Shown: positions 28,301-35,655 of the stretch, piece after piece
Layout of the letters: every line of letters starts with the position of its first letter
Numbering within the stretch: position 1 is the first letter of the stretch
Notes under the pieces: model-generated
Told to the model about the DNA's origin: nothing
Seen by the model: only the letters and a program-made list of their open reading frames with translations
Databases searched by the model: none
Virus record (IMG/VR): IMGVR_UViG_3300048016_000081
Span: 1-54,984 of that record
Strand: one strand, 5' to 3'
Source: a virus
Lineage: Duplodnaviria > Caudoviricetes
Length of the DNA stretch: 54,984 bases
Made by a program: the position numbers and the translations under genes

Positions 28301-29867
28301 CATCTACAACGAGTTGTTCAAACGCCAGACAGACAGCCTTGAGTACAAGTCGCCATCGACTTTGAGCCTCGCGTTGACTCGGGCCACATCCGTGTGGTTC
28401 TTGGCTACTAGCCCTGCGTTCTACCTGCAACAGATGCTGCAAACTACTGTGCTGTCGCTGCCTTATATGTCTGGTCGCCTCGGTTACTTCCGTTCTGCTC
28501 GCGCCATCAAGGCTGCATACAGTGACGTGGCTACGCTGGTCAAGGGCATGGGTATCAACGAGCACATTGATTTCTCTAAGGCTCCAGCTGATGTGCGCCC
28601 TATGCTCCAGACTCTGGTTGGCATGGGCAAGATTGACATTGGTATTGACGCCGACGCCAAGGCTCGTGCTGGCGAGAACAATGTGCTGAATACAGTGATG
28701 CGCAAACTCCAAGGTGTGAACAACCGCATTGAAGCTGTGAACCGTGCGACTGCCGCGATTGCTGCGTACCGTGGATACATCCAACGCTACGGCGCTGGTA
28801 ATACTGACGCTGCCACTAAGTTCGCTGCTGATGTCGTGTCCAACACACACGGCTCATACGATGGGTTTAACACGCCGCGAGTTCTGAATAGCGACATTGG
28901 CCGTTTGGTTGGTCAGTTCAAGCGCTTCCAGATCATCCAGCTCTCTATGCTGGGCAAGCTTATCAACACATCCTTCAAGGGCGCAAGTCCCGAGGAACGA
29001 GTTGTGGCTCGCCGCGCATTGGCTTTCATCACTGGCCACATGGCTGTCGTGGGCGGCGCACTGGGTGTTCCTTTTGTACAACAAGTTGCTAGCTTAATGC
29101 TTGCTGCCTTCGGCGACGATGACGAACCTAAGAACCTTGAGTACACACTGCGCCAAGCCATTGGCGACGAGACTATGGCTAACCTGCTCCTGAACGGTGT
29201 GCCCGCTGCGGCTGGCGTGAACCTCAGTGGTAAGCTGGGTATGGGTAACGTGGCTTCTATCCTGCCGTTTACTGACGTGGACTTGTCCACTCGCTCTGGC
29301 TACGAGAAGACGATGGTCGGATTGATGGGCCCATTCCTTGGCGGTCTGGCTCCTAAGTTTGCCGATGGCGCTGGTATGGTTGCCAAGGGTGAGTACTACA
29401 AGGGTCTGGAGCTGCTGATGCCTAACGGTATTGGTAACGCAATGAAGGGTGCTCGTATCGCCAACGAAGGTGTGACGATGCGCAACGGCGATGTAGTCCT
29501 GAAGCCAGAAGAAATTAGCATGGTAGACGCTGCGTTCCAAGCTGTTGGTTTGCCAACGACTACCCTCACTGGCCGTCAGTACACCCAGAAGATCGCAATG
29601 GACTTTGACAAGTTCTACAGCACCAAGGCTGCCGACATCAAGGGCGCGTACGTCAATGCCAACCGCGATGGCGACACGGAAAGTATGGCGGAGGCCCGTA
29701 AAGATTGGGAAGACCTGCAAGCATCACGCCGCAAGAATGGCTATAAAATACAGCCAATGTCGGAGCTGTTTAAGGCTACCGTTGCTGCCCGTAGGCGTGA
29801 AGCTGGTGTGGTAGATGGCGTTGAGACTACTAAGTCCAACAAAGAGTTTGTGAAGAACATCATCTAA
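22338..29867 (+). CDS. Giant polyvalent ejection protein (2509 aa) with HTH-like, zincin-like and ADP-ribosyltransferase-like regions
   Basis: EGASETGQE membrane-type N-terminal region; YAAIAKEYGVTEQYV; MHEVGAHIG...ELLAY; YHGT..NF..F...IGSGEGATAYGWGTY; long helical C-terminal region. Confidence 0.85.
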   Translation: MANIWDEYERDLFSEKKKKDDKPASSNIWDDIEQEHFNPKPKAGLTSSQVSSSIDRYQAGLYGVGEAVAEGVGAKDSAEWLKGRREENEFLADKASQRARDLGAVDQFKDVHSLSDFGSYAKGLAIQSLPYAGEALAGGLLARGAMSGTRAALTAAKEAKDVAGVARAERALNAGSQAGAVAASYPSAVGDVLGNQREQSDGETRGGVAAALAVPYAALNAFGVEGALARGTAFKNTVNLLDRGTGLTGAAARTAATATGVALKEGASETGQEMLNQVGRMSVDSSEAFLSEAAQERFKESFIGGAALGGLAGGIGGGWRRSSAGGNDISQAMGSKDATQPDITTTQFTPPPPPPAADITGTPSVVSTQQTIPSAPAVVGGTTDIAQAQAQAQAAQQQQQMQEQQQAAREEFTQRFGGVRPALDENGQPTQSVVFQNKTYHTRDELNAAVDKLVAKDQTKDDHARQVQAAFTKTYSTQEKTPNVNSVVSQTSRYTNRTASVEEAAARINIEIATLVGQGKKLDDTKLSKLAEFYENLTGVTAPAYAAAEQAQPTGVNNGKLQLQNDAGLREVPVTGGATETNDGQAGGVRPAVLQSVGATSVGAGPLDLQAGQPSTGGVRTSTGDVSNAAGGDATQAQVNGQAQATVPSAAQVTDERLPNENLGSVPPVQQEQSVEEQRAEEVPNLIRSALRMIYKSDRKVDLLLLLTEKTQRSDYAAIAKEYGVTEQYVKELAAEAITDKGKTFPRFIEANIDKFMAAVNVQAEQSGISVLEALDALQTIHDAYEGGLASQLGVEVNEGDLINAGMEIQNLKERTDNEGKGTGKVDRTNVSDLAEEGNKMEALMQQYLDLSNELEAATEANDERVQELEEQVAELTTKIAAAEKKEKARVRATAGKQAPKETENAVQVESTDEGDVREPAGGSETVGEGNAEPQKPARKTKQAKVEDNADQAAPEIRTPQEQYDALAATTNLLPPYEALDERERAQIEDQAYQGKLTLASLNTMFSGNAKFGKDVRAINPYTVAELTKDIEDFVRASISSRKLVIVNSVEDLTNSADKVVKQIGAVLAVEGAYGVAVNGRAFLIANRIEKGMGRAKFMHEVGAHIGLENLLPKATYDRLVAQIKKWTNSEADTDEVTLAARAEMRVLNANTPAADYDAELLAYFIEEAVQAGIDPTASGKETGALREWFRTLWAAFKVAVRKLGYNPEAMTAQDIVDMAFGAARLEMSGTYHGTAANFRNFRNEYIGSGEGATAYGWGTYLAERYGIAKGYFEADVRRKTKDAPVTNPAQAVQDFFGFGKLVKPDGSLMRVDTSVADDELFNYNATVAEQPQRVKDAIKSMLDPIADEVLDRTNSDVDELTGRDLFGTGENDLGLLSRLIMDDVLVADGAKFNKAVQQGEFHKAASLLLEEAGIAGIKHLDARSRGTATSVIQFRGKAYNRDELRDAARAAYAAKDEQQTFEMGMLRSLLQNGIDHVRAMHQSKQAYYERLFYKTDKESAEKFKVPFDEEQARADAKRKTKDLFETKALDWLDKHEAEISMAENPRTYNRILFSDKNIFRVGTQVAADRQRMRFGKNMSTRLNEGLENNLPASVVKPAKSVVSTMGAAVKNGLLAVGITEDVVNAASKYMRSAQDYLTAQYARQKTRLEFEQRIEAILDSFDKLPKNLQGEDAGSVNRYILDSTMSKKWGYYPGEKRIGTKLFEVDPDLEKRFLAFPPAAQQLIRDVFEHGYTALKAKSDAIDVAVEREFAERTKAAAGDADLLDEVATAKKLMRTQLSSIQNVDFTTPYAYLGRYGDYVVAAKSAEFKYWEGVAAEKGENKERAAAWLAENTSNPDHYVVQFAETQGEADSIAADLIATGKFDMDGTEAGPKEDIGSYIGSDVHLAVARLRNLISRQEGESGEGNSDLNRMISDLYLTTAAENSARKSEIMRKYVAGANGNMMRNLATSGRADAHFLSTMKHNDDVVDALERMRNEAKGNVRNAMPIYNELFKRQTDSLEYKSPSTLSLALTRATSVWFLATSPAFYLQQMLQTTVLSLPYMSGRLGYFRSARAIKAAYSDVATLVKGMGINEHIDFSKAPADVRPMLQTLVGMGKIDIGIDADAKARAGENNVLNTVMRKLQGVNNRIEAVNRATAAIAAYRGYIQRYGAGNTDAATKFAADVVSNTHGSYDGFNTPRVLNSDIGRLVGQFKRFQIIQLSMLGKLINTSFKGASPEERVVARRALAFITGHMAVVGGALGVPFVQQVASLMLAAFGDDDEPKNLEYTLRQAIGDETMANLLLNGVPAAAGVNLSGKLGMGNVASILPFTDVDLSTRSGYEKTMVGLMGPFLGGLAPKFADGAGMVAKGEYYKGLELLMPNGIGNAMKGARIANEGVTMRNGDVVLKPEEISMVDAAFQAVGLPTTTLTGRQYTQKIAMDFDKFYSTKAADIKGAYVNANRDGDTESMAEARKDWEDLQASRRKNGYKIQPMSELFKATVAARRREAGVVDGVETTKSNKEFVKNII
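24010..24255 (+). CDS. Nested +1-frame gene A inside the giant gene (81 aa)
   Basis: AGGAG-ttaaca-ATG; host frame turns low-complexity with rare CGA/GGA/ACA codons here. Confidence 0.55.
   Translation: MENCNCKTMPGFEKYQSQAEQQKQTMDKLGVYDPLCFNPSEQQVSERDRLTSKLDSHQQAEYGQAPEMYPMLPVAMPRKRK
24256..24396 (+). CDS. Nested +1-frame gene B (46 aa), abuts gene A as TAA-ATG
   Basis: MGKLKQPFQVPPKSPTNDSLMKILGQFLQYNKSSQLKNNEPKKSPT. Confidence 0.5.
   Translation: MGKLKQPFQVPPKSPTNDSLMKILGQFLQYNKSSQLKNNEPKKSPT
25051..25209 (+). CDS. Nested +1-frame gene C (52 aa), small basic MPFKSKAQ-type phage protein
   Basis: AAGGA RBS; MPFKSKAQMREMFANQPEVAKRWAKETPNPKSLPEKLSKPKSKTTPTKPRRK. Confidence 0.75.
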   Translation: MPFKSKAQMREMFANQPEVAKRWAKETPNPKSLPEKLSKPKSKTTPTKPRRK

Positions 29868-29877
29868 GGAGTAATCC

Positions 29878-30135
29878 ATGGCTACAAAGAAAACACCATC
29901 CTTGGCCGTAGGCCGTGGCGAGAAACTCCCTGTCTCTAAGGGGGCTGGCCTCACAGCTAAGGGCCGCGCTAAATACAACGCTGCCACTGGCTCAAACCTA
30001 AAGGCTCCACAACCTGAAGGCGGCGCTCGTAAAAAATCTTTCTGTGCACGGATGTCTGGTATGCCCGGCCCGATGAAAGACGAGAAGGGTAACCCCACTC
30101 GCAAGGCCGCGTCTCTCGCTCGTTGGAAGTGCTGA
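29878..30135 (+). CDS. Small basic protein (DUF6321-like)
   Basis: GLTAKGRAKYN, RKKSFCARMSG, SLARWKC; AAGGAG RBS. Confidence 0.8.
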   Translation: MATKKTPSLAVGRGEKLPVSKGAGLTAKGRAKYNAATGSNLKAPQPEGGARKKSFCARMSGMPGPMKDEKGNPTRKAASLARWKC

Positions 30136-30136
30136 T

Positions 30137-30325
30137 ATGGCCACGAAAGCTAAATCAACTGTCAACGCTGCTGGCAACTACACCAAGCCTACGCTTCGCA
30201 AGAAGATCGTGTCTCAGGTAAAAGCCGCAGCAACCCAAGGTACTGGCGCAGGTCTTTGGTCAGCCCGCAAAGCACAGCTCGTGGCCAAGAAGTACAAAGC
30301 CGCCGGTGGTGGCTACAAGGACTGA
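30137..30325 (+). CDS. Small basic protein (N-terminal half of DUF5872-like family)
   Basis: YTKPTLRKKI...WSARKAQLVAKKYKAAGGGY. Confidence 0.8.
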   Translation: MATKAKSTVNAAGNYTKPTLRKKIVSQVKAAATQGTGAGLWSARKAQLVAKKYKAAGGGYKD

Positions 30326-30326
30326 C

Positions 30327-30560
30327 ATGAAAGCCTTACAGAAATCCCTCAAAGATTGGACTGATCAAAAATGGCGTACCAAGTCAGGCAAGCCTTCGTC
30401 CAAAACAGGGGAGCGATACCTGCCTGAGGCTGCCATCAAGTCATTGACTCCTGCTGAATATGCAGCGACAACTAAAGCAAAGCGCGAAGGCAAAGCGCAA
30501 GGCAAACAGTTCGTGGCGCAGCCAAAAAAGATTGCAGCGAAAACTGCCAAACATCGTTAA
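30327..30560 (+). CDS. Small basic protein (C-terminal half of DUF5872-like family)
   Basis: QKSLKDWTDQKWRT...ERYLP...GKQFV.QP; AAGGA upstream of ATG 30327. Confidence 0.8.
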   Translation: MKALQKSLKDWTDQKWRTKSGKPSSKTGERYLPEAAIKSLTPAEYAATTKAKREGKAQGKQFVAQPKKIAAKTAKHR

Positions 30561-30582
30561 CCCCAAAGCTTGAAAGCTTGAG

Positions 30583-30828
30583 ATGACAGACTCTATTGAA
30601 ACCGCTCGTGAGCTAGCTACGCATGCTGCTGACATCCGTCATCTACAAGAAGACATGGACAAGCTCGTTGAGAGCGTCGCAGATATGCAGAAGTGCCTCG
30701 CTGAAATCAATACCACTCTGTCCGAGGCTAAGGGCGGGTGGAAAGTCCTCATGATGATTGGCGGCGCAGGTGGCGCACTGGGCGCAGTGATTACCCAGAT
30801 CATCCACAACGTACCTTGGTCTAAGTGA
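30583..30828 (+). CDS. Coiled-coil protein with C-terminal TM segment (holin/XhlA-like)
   Basis: Heptad pattern followed by KGGWKVLMMIGGAGGALGAVI. Confidence 0.65.
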   Translation: MTDSIETARELATHAADIRHLQEDMDKLVESVADMQKCLAEINTTLSEAKGGWKVLMMIGGAGGALGAVITQIIHNVPWSK

Positions 30829-30861
30829 AAAAAGCCCCCGGGTTTGACGCCGGGGGCAAAA
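30828..30861 (-). terminator. Terminator between the convergent arms
   Basis: AAAAAA-GCCCCCGG-loop-CCGGGGGC; the U tract is on the minus strand. Confidence 0.8.
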
Positions 30862-30890
30862 CCCTCACCCTAGAGACAACCAGTAACGAA

Positions 30891-33884
30891 TTACTGGCCT
30901 GCGGATGATACCGCAGCGGTCTCTAAACTGACAACAGTCGGGCCACTTGTTTTCTCAACAACGCCTTCCATCGCAGCAAAGTCAAAGCAGTAACAGACAC
31001 ACGCGCCTGTCGAGTGGGCAGTGCCACGACCGATGTTGAATCGCTCAGAGCTTTTACCGACCCACTTCTTCTCCTGTGCAAACTTCAGCACTTCCTTTGG
31101 CTCCATGCGGTTCTTGGAGCACCAGTCGTAGAAGTCCTTCTTGGCGATGAACAGCTTACCAACCAGCTTGGGGTCAACAGTCTCACCGGAATTCTTGTTG
31201 GGCGAACCCAGTATGCGGCGGCCAACCGCCACGCCATTGATGCGCGACAGAGATTCTTCAGGGCCACGAGCATCAGCACGGGTATCACGGTAGCCCACGG
31301 TCACCAAGATGCGGCTAGACATCTCACGAATCATGCGGCTCACAGCCTCACCCGGGTCAGTCACGTTGCCCTTGGACACAGCAGCAGTCAGGTCAGTCAT
31401 CAGCAGAACTGTAAAGTCTTCCAGCTTTTGGTAGTCGAACTCCACGATGTTGTGATCGATCAGAATCTTGGCCGCCACCAGAGTACAAGTCGCATGGCTA
31501 CGGAAGAAACGATATTCAGACTGCGGCATCAAGCGGCTCATCTTGTTCTCGATCTTGGCGTAGAGGTCAGCGACTTCTTGCTGGTGCGTCACGATGTACT
31601 TCACGAACTCATGCCCTGCATTGCCCATGTTCTCGCGCATCTTGTCGATGGCGTTGGATACTTCGACGGCTGGGTCAATGATAGGTACGTTGTACGTGGC
31701 GAAGTTAATGCCGATCATGCGCACTGCTTCCGCTTGGGTGTTGGCGTTGTGGCCAGCTAGCTTAGAGTGCATGTCTTCGTTGGCAGTCAATCCAACCACA
31801 GTCTTCCATGTGTGCTGTTCAGCGAAGCCAACCTTACCACCAGCAGAAGTCAGACGAGCACGGTCAGTACCCTGAGATGTTGTGTAGGCCATAGCCGACA
31901 CTTCCGCTGCATCCATGTCAGTCATCTCATCAAACACCACGGGCAAGTTCTTGTGTGCACCGACGATAGCCCAGCGGGCATTGCGAGTTGCACCTTCCTT
32001 ACCAGCGAAGATCATCTTGTTGGCATCACAGATACCGTACAGCGCAGAACGCCACACAGAAGTCTTGCCCTTACCAGATGCGCCAGAGTTGACGGCTACC
32101 AGAGCTCCGTTATAGCTATCTTCGCCGAATGGAGTGATGAGCGAACCGTAGACATTACAGAAGACATACTGGGCAGCTTGGCTGTTCTCTCGGTTGTAAA
32201 TGTAATTAACGGCTGCGCTATAAGCAGCAAGAGAACCACGGGGCTCAGGATAAGCGTTGCGATGGTCAGCAGCAGCACCGCCGATAAACACTTTACGGAT
32301 TGAACCGTCTTGGTGATAAAGCCTGTCTCCAAGTAACACCCCGCTCATGTTGTCGCGCCAGCCAAACGCAGTCAATGTATCTGTCTCACGTTGCTCGGCC
32401 ATCAGCTTGTGGATTGAGTCGCGGATGTACGCGGTCATGTGCATCGTTGAGTCCTTGTTGTTAGATGGCATCAGTTCATACTTAGACAGTGCCTTGAGCA
32501 AGTCCGTGGATGAAGCCAATGCAGAAGTGTCCACCTCGAAGTCACGTACCCGTTGATCAGGCAAGTGCATGCGGATAGTGAACGCGTAAGCGCCGTCAGC
32601 CTTCTTGATGCGTTGGATTGGGTAGAACAGCGTACGGCAGAACGTGTACGGTTGCATCACACCGTCTTTGTCACGGATGAAGCGCAGCATGTGCTCTGAC
32701 TGATACTCATAGCCCTCGGGCATCGGGGGCACAATGGCCTCCAACACTTGGTCAGGCTTGGCCTCGTCAATGACCTCTACCGTTGATTCTGCTGGTTCAG
32801 GCAGTAGCCGTCCCAACACGATTGGTGACTTGATGTTTCCCTTATGAACACAGCTTTCGCAGGCGGTCGGGTTACAGCGTTGAAAATATTCACAAGTAGC
32901 AGGGCCGCTATCCCAAGTGTTATAACGGGTATCAACGTCCACATTAGAGTGGCCAGTAGCTGCTCTATGTTCGCTCCACTCATGTGCCAGAGGTTCTCCC
33001 TCGACGCAGTGTTTGATAATGCCGATGATGCCGCGCCATGATTCATAGTCAACGTCTCCTTTGGTGTCACGCATCTTGCCAACTTGAGCGCAGTGGTTTG
33101 CAACCTCATGGGCAGACGAGTCAATCTGTGGGCCAAGATGGCCAATCAAGTCATCGTTCAGACCAGCAATGGGAGCACGACTGACTGGTTGTTGTGGAAT
33201 AACGTCGTACTTAGCAACAGCGGCTTGCACCGCTGCGTGAAAATCTTTTGGGTCAACCGCTGTACCTTCACGGACAACTTTAACTTGGCGCGGGTCACGG
33301 CCCGGCTTTCGGTTATGACTTCCCGCAGGACGCAACACAGATGACAGATCAGCAGTGCGAGTTGGGTCAACAAGAAGGCCAGCCCCAGCCAATGCAGCTT
33401 TAAAACCACTGGCCATACCTCGCCAGCTATTTGGACCAATACTACGGGTGAGCGGCCAATAACAATGTATGCCGCCACCACTGTCAACAAGCATAGGGTC
33501 AGGGAACCCGTTAGCGCGGCAAAAACCCAAGATAGCAGATGCAGCAGACTTCTTATCGGGGTAGCCCTTGCCTTCAGCAGCTTTGTCCGCACCGCAGTCG
33601 ATGTCAGCCCAAAACGATTTGGCTTTGAACCAGTTGGGTTCGCCGCGATATTTTTTCTTAGTCTCGCCGTTGACGACAGCTTCATAGCTTGGCTCCTTAT
33701 AAGCAGCACAGGCGTGATAGACAGTTAAGTTAGTTTGCTCGTTGTAAGAAGCGATGGCCTCGGCCATCGTCTCCAGTGAAGCGTATGCCTTGTGGGCAAT
33801 GCCAGACGAACCAGCACGGCTCAAGCCAACGAACTTATACCCATCTTCCGGCAAGATTGTTTTGAGGAAGGTGAGTGCGTCCAT
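30891..33884 (-). CDS. Primase-helicase (AEP/RepB-like primase, PriCT-like, Zn-binding, DUF927, P-loop)
   Basis: WADIDCG, DSGGGIHCYW, VLRPAGSHNRK, Cys cluster CEYFQRCNPTACESC, GASGKGKTS, VVFDE. Confidence 0.88.
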   Translation of the reverse strand: MDALTFLKTILPEDGYKFVGLSRAGSSGIAHKAYASLETMAEAIASYNEQTNLTVYHACAAYKEPSYEAVVNGETKKKYRGEPNWFKAKSFWADIDCGADKAAEGKGYPDKKSAASAILGFCRANGFPDPMLVDSGGGIHCYWPLTRSIGPNSWRGMASGFKAALAGAGLLVDPTRTADLSSVLRPAGSHNRKPGRDPRQVKVVREGTAVDPKDFHAAVQAAVAKYDVIPQQPVSRAPIAGLNDDLIGHLGPQIDSSAHEVANHCAQVGKMRDTKGDVDYESWRGIIGIIKHCVEGEPLAHEWSEHRAATGHSNVDVDTRYNTWDSGPATCEYFQRCNPTACESCVHKGNIKSPIVLGRLLPEPAESTVEVIDEAKPDQVLEAIVPPMPEGYEYQSEHMLRFIRDKDGVMQPYTFCRTLFYPIQRIKKADGAYAFTIRMHLPDQRVRDFEVDTSALASSTDLLKALSKYELMPSNNKDSTMHMTAYIRDSIHKLMAEQRETDTLTAFGWRDNMSGVLLGDRLYHQDGSIRKVFIGGAAADHRNAYPEPRGSLAAYSAAVNYIYNRENSQAAQYVFCNVYGSLITPFGEDSYNGALVAVNSGASGKGKTSVWRSALYGICDANKMIFAGKEGATRNARWAIVGAHKNLPVVFDEMTDMDAAEVSAMAYTTSQGTDRARLTSAGGKVGFAEQHTWKTVVGLTANEDMHSKLAGHNANTQAEAVRMIGINFATYNVPIIDPAVEVSNAIDKMRENMGNAGHEFVKYIVTHQQEVADLYAKIENKMSRLMPQSEYRFFRSHATCTLVAAKILIDHNIVEFDYQKLEDFTVLLMTDLTAAVSKGNVTDPGEAVSRMIREMSSRILVTVGYRDTRADARGPEESLSRINGVAVGRRILGSPNKNSGETVDPKLVGKLFIAKKDFYDWCSKNRMEPKEVLKFAQEKKWVGKSSERFNIGRGTAHSTGACVCYCFDFAAMEGVVEKTSGPTVVSLETAAVSSAGQ

Positions 33885-33885
33885 G

Positions 33886-34137
33886 TTATGCCTGTGCGAT
33901 GATTGATTTACCCGAGGCGTGTGCGCCGATAGTGATGGTGCGGTCCATGTGTGCCATGGCTACCTTCACGAGTTCTTTAGCTTGGATGTTGGTATCCGAA
34001 GCCTCTACGATGACACGGGCCAGCAGTTCAGCCAGACCGATGATGATTTCTCCGTGGTTGAAGTCTTTGCCACTGAGGGCTAGATTTGCTTCGACTACGA
34101 CACCAGCGACTTTGCGCTGGTCAACTTGATATGACAT
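33886..34137 (-). CDS. Hypothetical protein (83 aa, start moved to MSYQVD)
   Basis: GGAG RBS before ATG; upstream in-frame part is a terminator/structured spacer. Confidence 0.75.
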   Translation of the reverse strand: MSYQVDQRKVAGVVVEANLALSGKDFNHGEIIIGLAELLARVIVEASDTNIQAKELVKVAMAHMDRTITIGAHASGKSIIAQA

Positions 34138-34147
34138 ATGCTCTCCA

Positions 34148-34170
34148 GAAAATGAAAGCCCCGAAGGGCT
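34148..34170 (-). terminator. Rho-independent terminator downstream of SSB gene
   Basis: Minus strand AGCCC-TTCG-GGGCT-TTCATTTTC. Confidence 0.75.
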
Positions 34171-34257
34171 GGGAAGAAGGTGGGGTACTTGGCCTGTGCG
34201 TCTTTCTATGCTATGGGCATAGCGACCATCCTTTGGCAGCCTTTCCCCCAAAACCAA

Positions 34258-35187
34258 TTAGTCGTCGAAGTTCAGATCGTCGAGGTTCAGGTCTGGAATG
34301 TCAACCTCAACAGGTGCAGCTTTCACTTCAGGCTTAGGCTCAGCTTTCGGCTTGGCCACAGCTTTAGGTTTCTCAGCCACGGGTGCTGGTGTAGCAGCCT
34401 TGACTTCCACGGTTGGCAGCTCTTCTTCATGGGCAGCCTCGGCAGCAGCCGCAGCAGCAATACCGTCAGAACCCAAGATGGACTGCACAACTTCGGACAC
34501 TGCAACTTCTTGCACTTGGGCATAGCCAGCATCGCTCAACAAACCTGTAGGCTTGAAGGTCAGCTTAGGAGTGGGCGACTCCATGTCAAAGCCAATGCGG
34601 GTAACCACCATGTTGTATCCAACGCCGCGCTTAGCGAGCATCTTGCCATATTCGCCCAAGGACTTGATGGATGCTGGGGGCACACGCAACAGGTATGGGT
34701 CGTTGATCTGGTCAGCCGTAGCGATAGCCATACGGACGCTGTCTTGGCAAGCCTTGCCTTTGCCGCCGTTGTCGCCGATCTTGCTGCCCCATTGGTTGTG
34801 TGGGCAGATTGCGCATGACTTGGACTGAGGTTCAGCCACGGAGCCATCAGGCTTATCGCCAGTGTTGGAGAAGCAGTCAGGCTTAGTGGCCTCGCTACCT
34901 TCTTGGTAGCCCTTCATGTAGAACACTTTGGACGTGCCCTTGTTGGCCTTGACCAACACGACTTCGATTGACGGTACTGCGATCTTCTCGCCGTCCACAT
35001 CTTTGGTCAGTACGGTGCGCTCGCCGTCACGAACGACGGTGAAGTTCTTGCCCTTGATGGACATAACAGGAAAGCCACCAACGCCAGCGTGAGCCGTCAA
35101 GTCATCGTTGACTGCGGAGCGGTTAGCTGTTTTCAAATAGGCTGGCAGGTTGCCAGAGGCGGTGTCGAAGGGGATGATGTTTGACAT
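34258..35187 (-). CDS. Probable single-stranded DNA-binding protein
   Basis: PDCFS.G..P, CAICPHNQWGS, GKACQ, LRVPPAS; acidic tail DLNLDDLNFDD; highly biased codons. Confidence 0.7.
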   Translation of the reverse strand: MSNIIPFDTASGNLPAYLKTANRSAVNDDLTAHAGVGGFPVMSIKGKNFTVVRDGERTVLTKDVDGEKIAVPSIEVVLVKANKGTSKVFYMKGYQEGSEATKPDCFSNTGDKPDGSVAEPQSKSCAICPHNQWGSKIGDNGGKGKACQDSVRMAIATADQINDPYLLRVPPASIKSLGEYGKMLAKRGVGYNMVVTRIGFDMESPTPKLTFKPTGLLSDAGYAQVQEVAVSEVVQSILGSDGIAAAAAAEAAHEEELPTVEVKAATPAPVAEKPKAVAKPKAEPKPEVKAAPVEVDIPDLNLDDLNFDD

Positions 35188-35213
35188 CTTAGTTTTCTCC
35201 AGAGGGTTAAGGG

Positions 35214-35594
35214 TTAGGTACGACGGATGTTGACCACGCGCTCCGAGCGCCAGTTGATGCCGGGCGGGAGGTCTTGGTGTTCATCTTTGTATTGTTGTAT
35301 GGCTGTCTTAGAAGCGCGAACTTCCATCAGATGCCAGTCTTCACGGGACTTAACGAAGGACATGAAAGCGTCCTTGTCAGCCACAGAAGCAGTGCTGCGT
35401 TCAGTAGTATAGGCTGTACCAAACTCAGTCTTGACTGAGTCCATGCCTGTAGTTTCAAACGTCTTAAGTAGGGCGGATTCAATCTGGTCAAGGACTGCAT
35501 CCAATTTCTCTACTTTGTTTTCGTACTCGGCTTTGAACTCAGCTTTTTTGTCGCGTAGCTCAATGTACTTGGCTACCAGTTCTGATATTTTCAT
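35214..35594 (-). CDS. Replication-module protein (coiled coil plus SVKTEFGTAY)
   Basis: Position between SSB and helicase; LPPGIN motif. Confidence 0.75.
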   Translation of the reverse strand: MKISELVAKYIELRDKKAEFKAEYENKVEKLDAVLDQIESALLKTFETTGMDSVKTEFGTAYTTERSTASVADKDAFMSFVKSREDWHLMEVRASKTAIQQYKDEHQDLPPGINWRSERVVNIRRT

Positions 35595-35655
35595 TGTTTG
35601 TTCCAGTGAGGGGGACGGAGGTTACCATCAAATAAGTGCGTGTGTATAGTGGTTT

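Noticed and set aside
27630-28850. 406-aa antisense ORF, and many similar antisense ORFs in the track
   Set aside because: Mirror of biased codon usage on the coding strand; no RBS or motifs
30317-30329. prfB-like +1 frameshift or readthrough at GAC-TGA-C fusing the two basic genes
   Set aside because: tRNA-Asp cannot re-pair in the +1 frame, readthrough would stay out of frame, and the second gene has its own RBS and ATG
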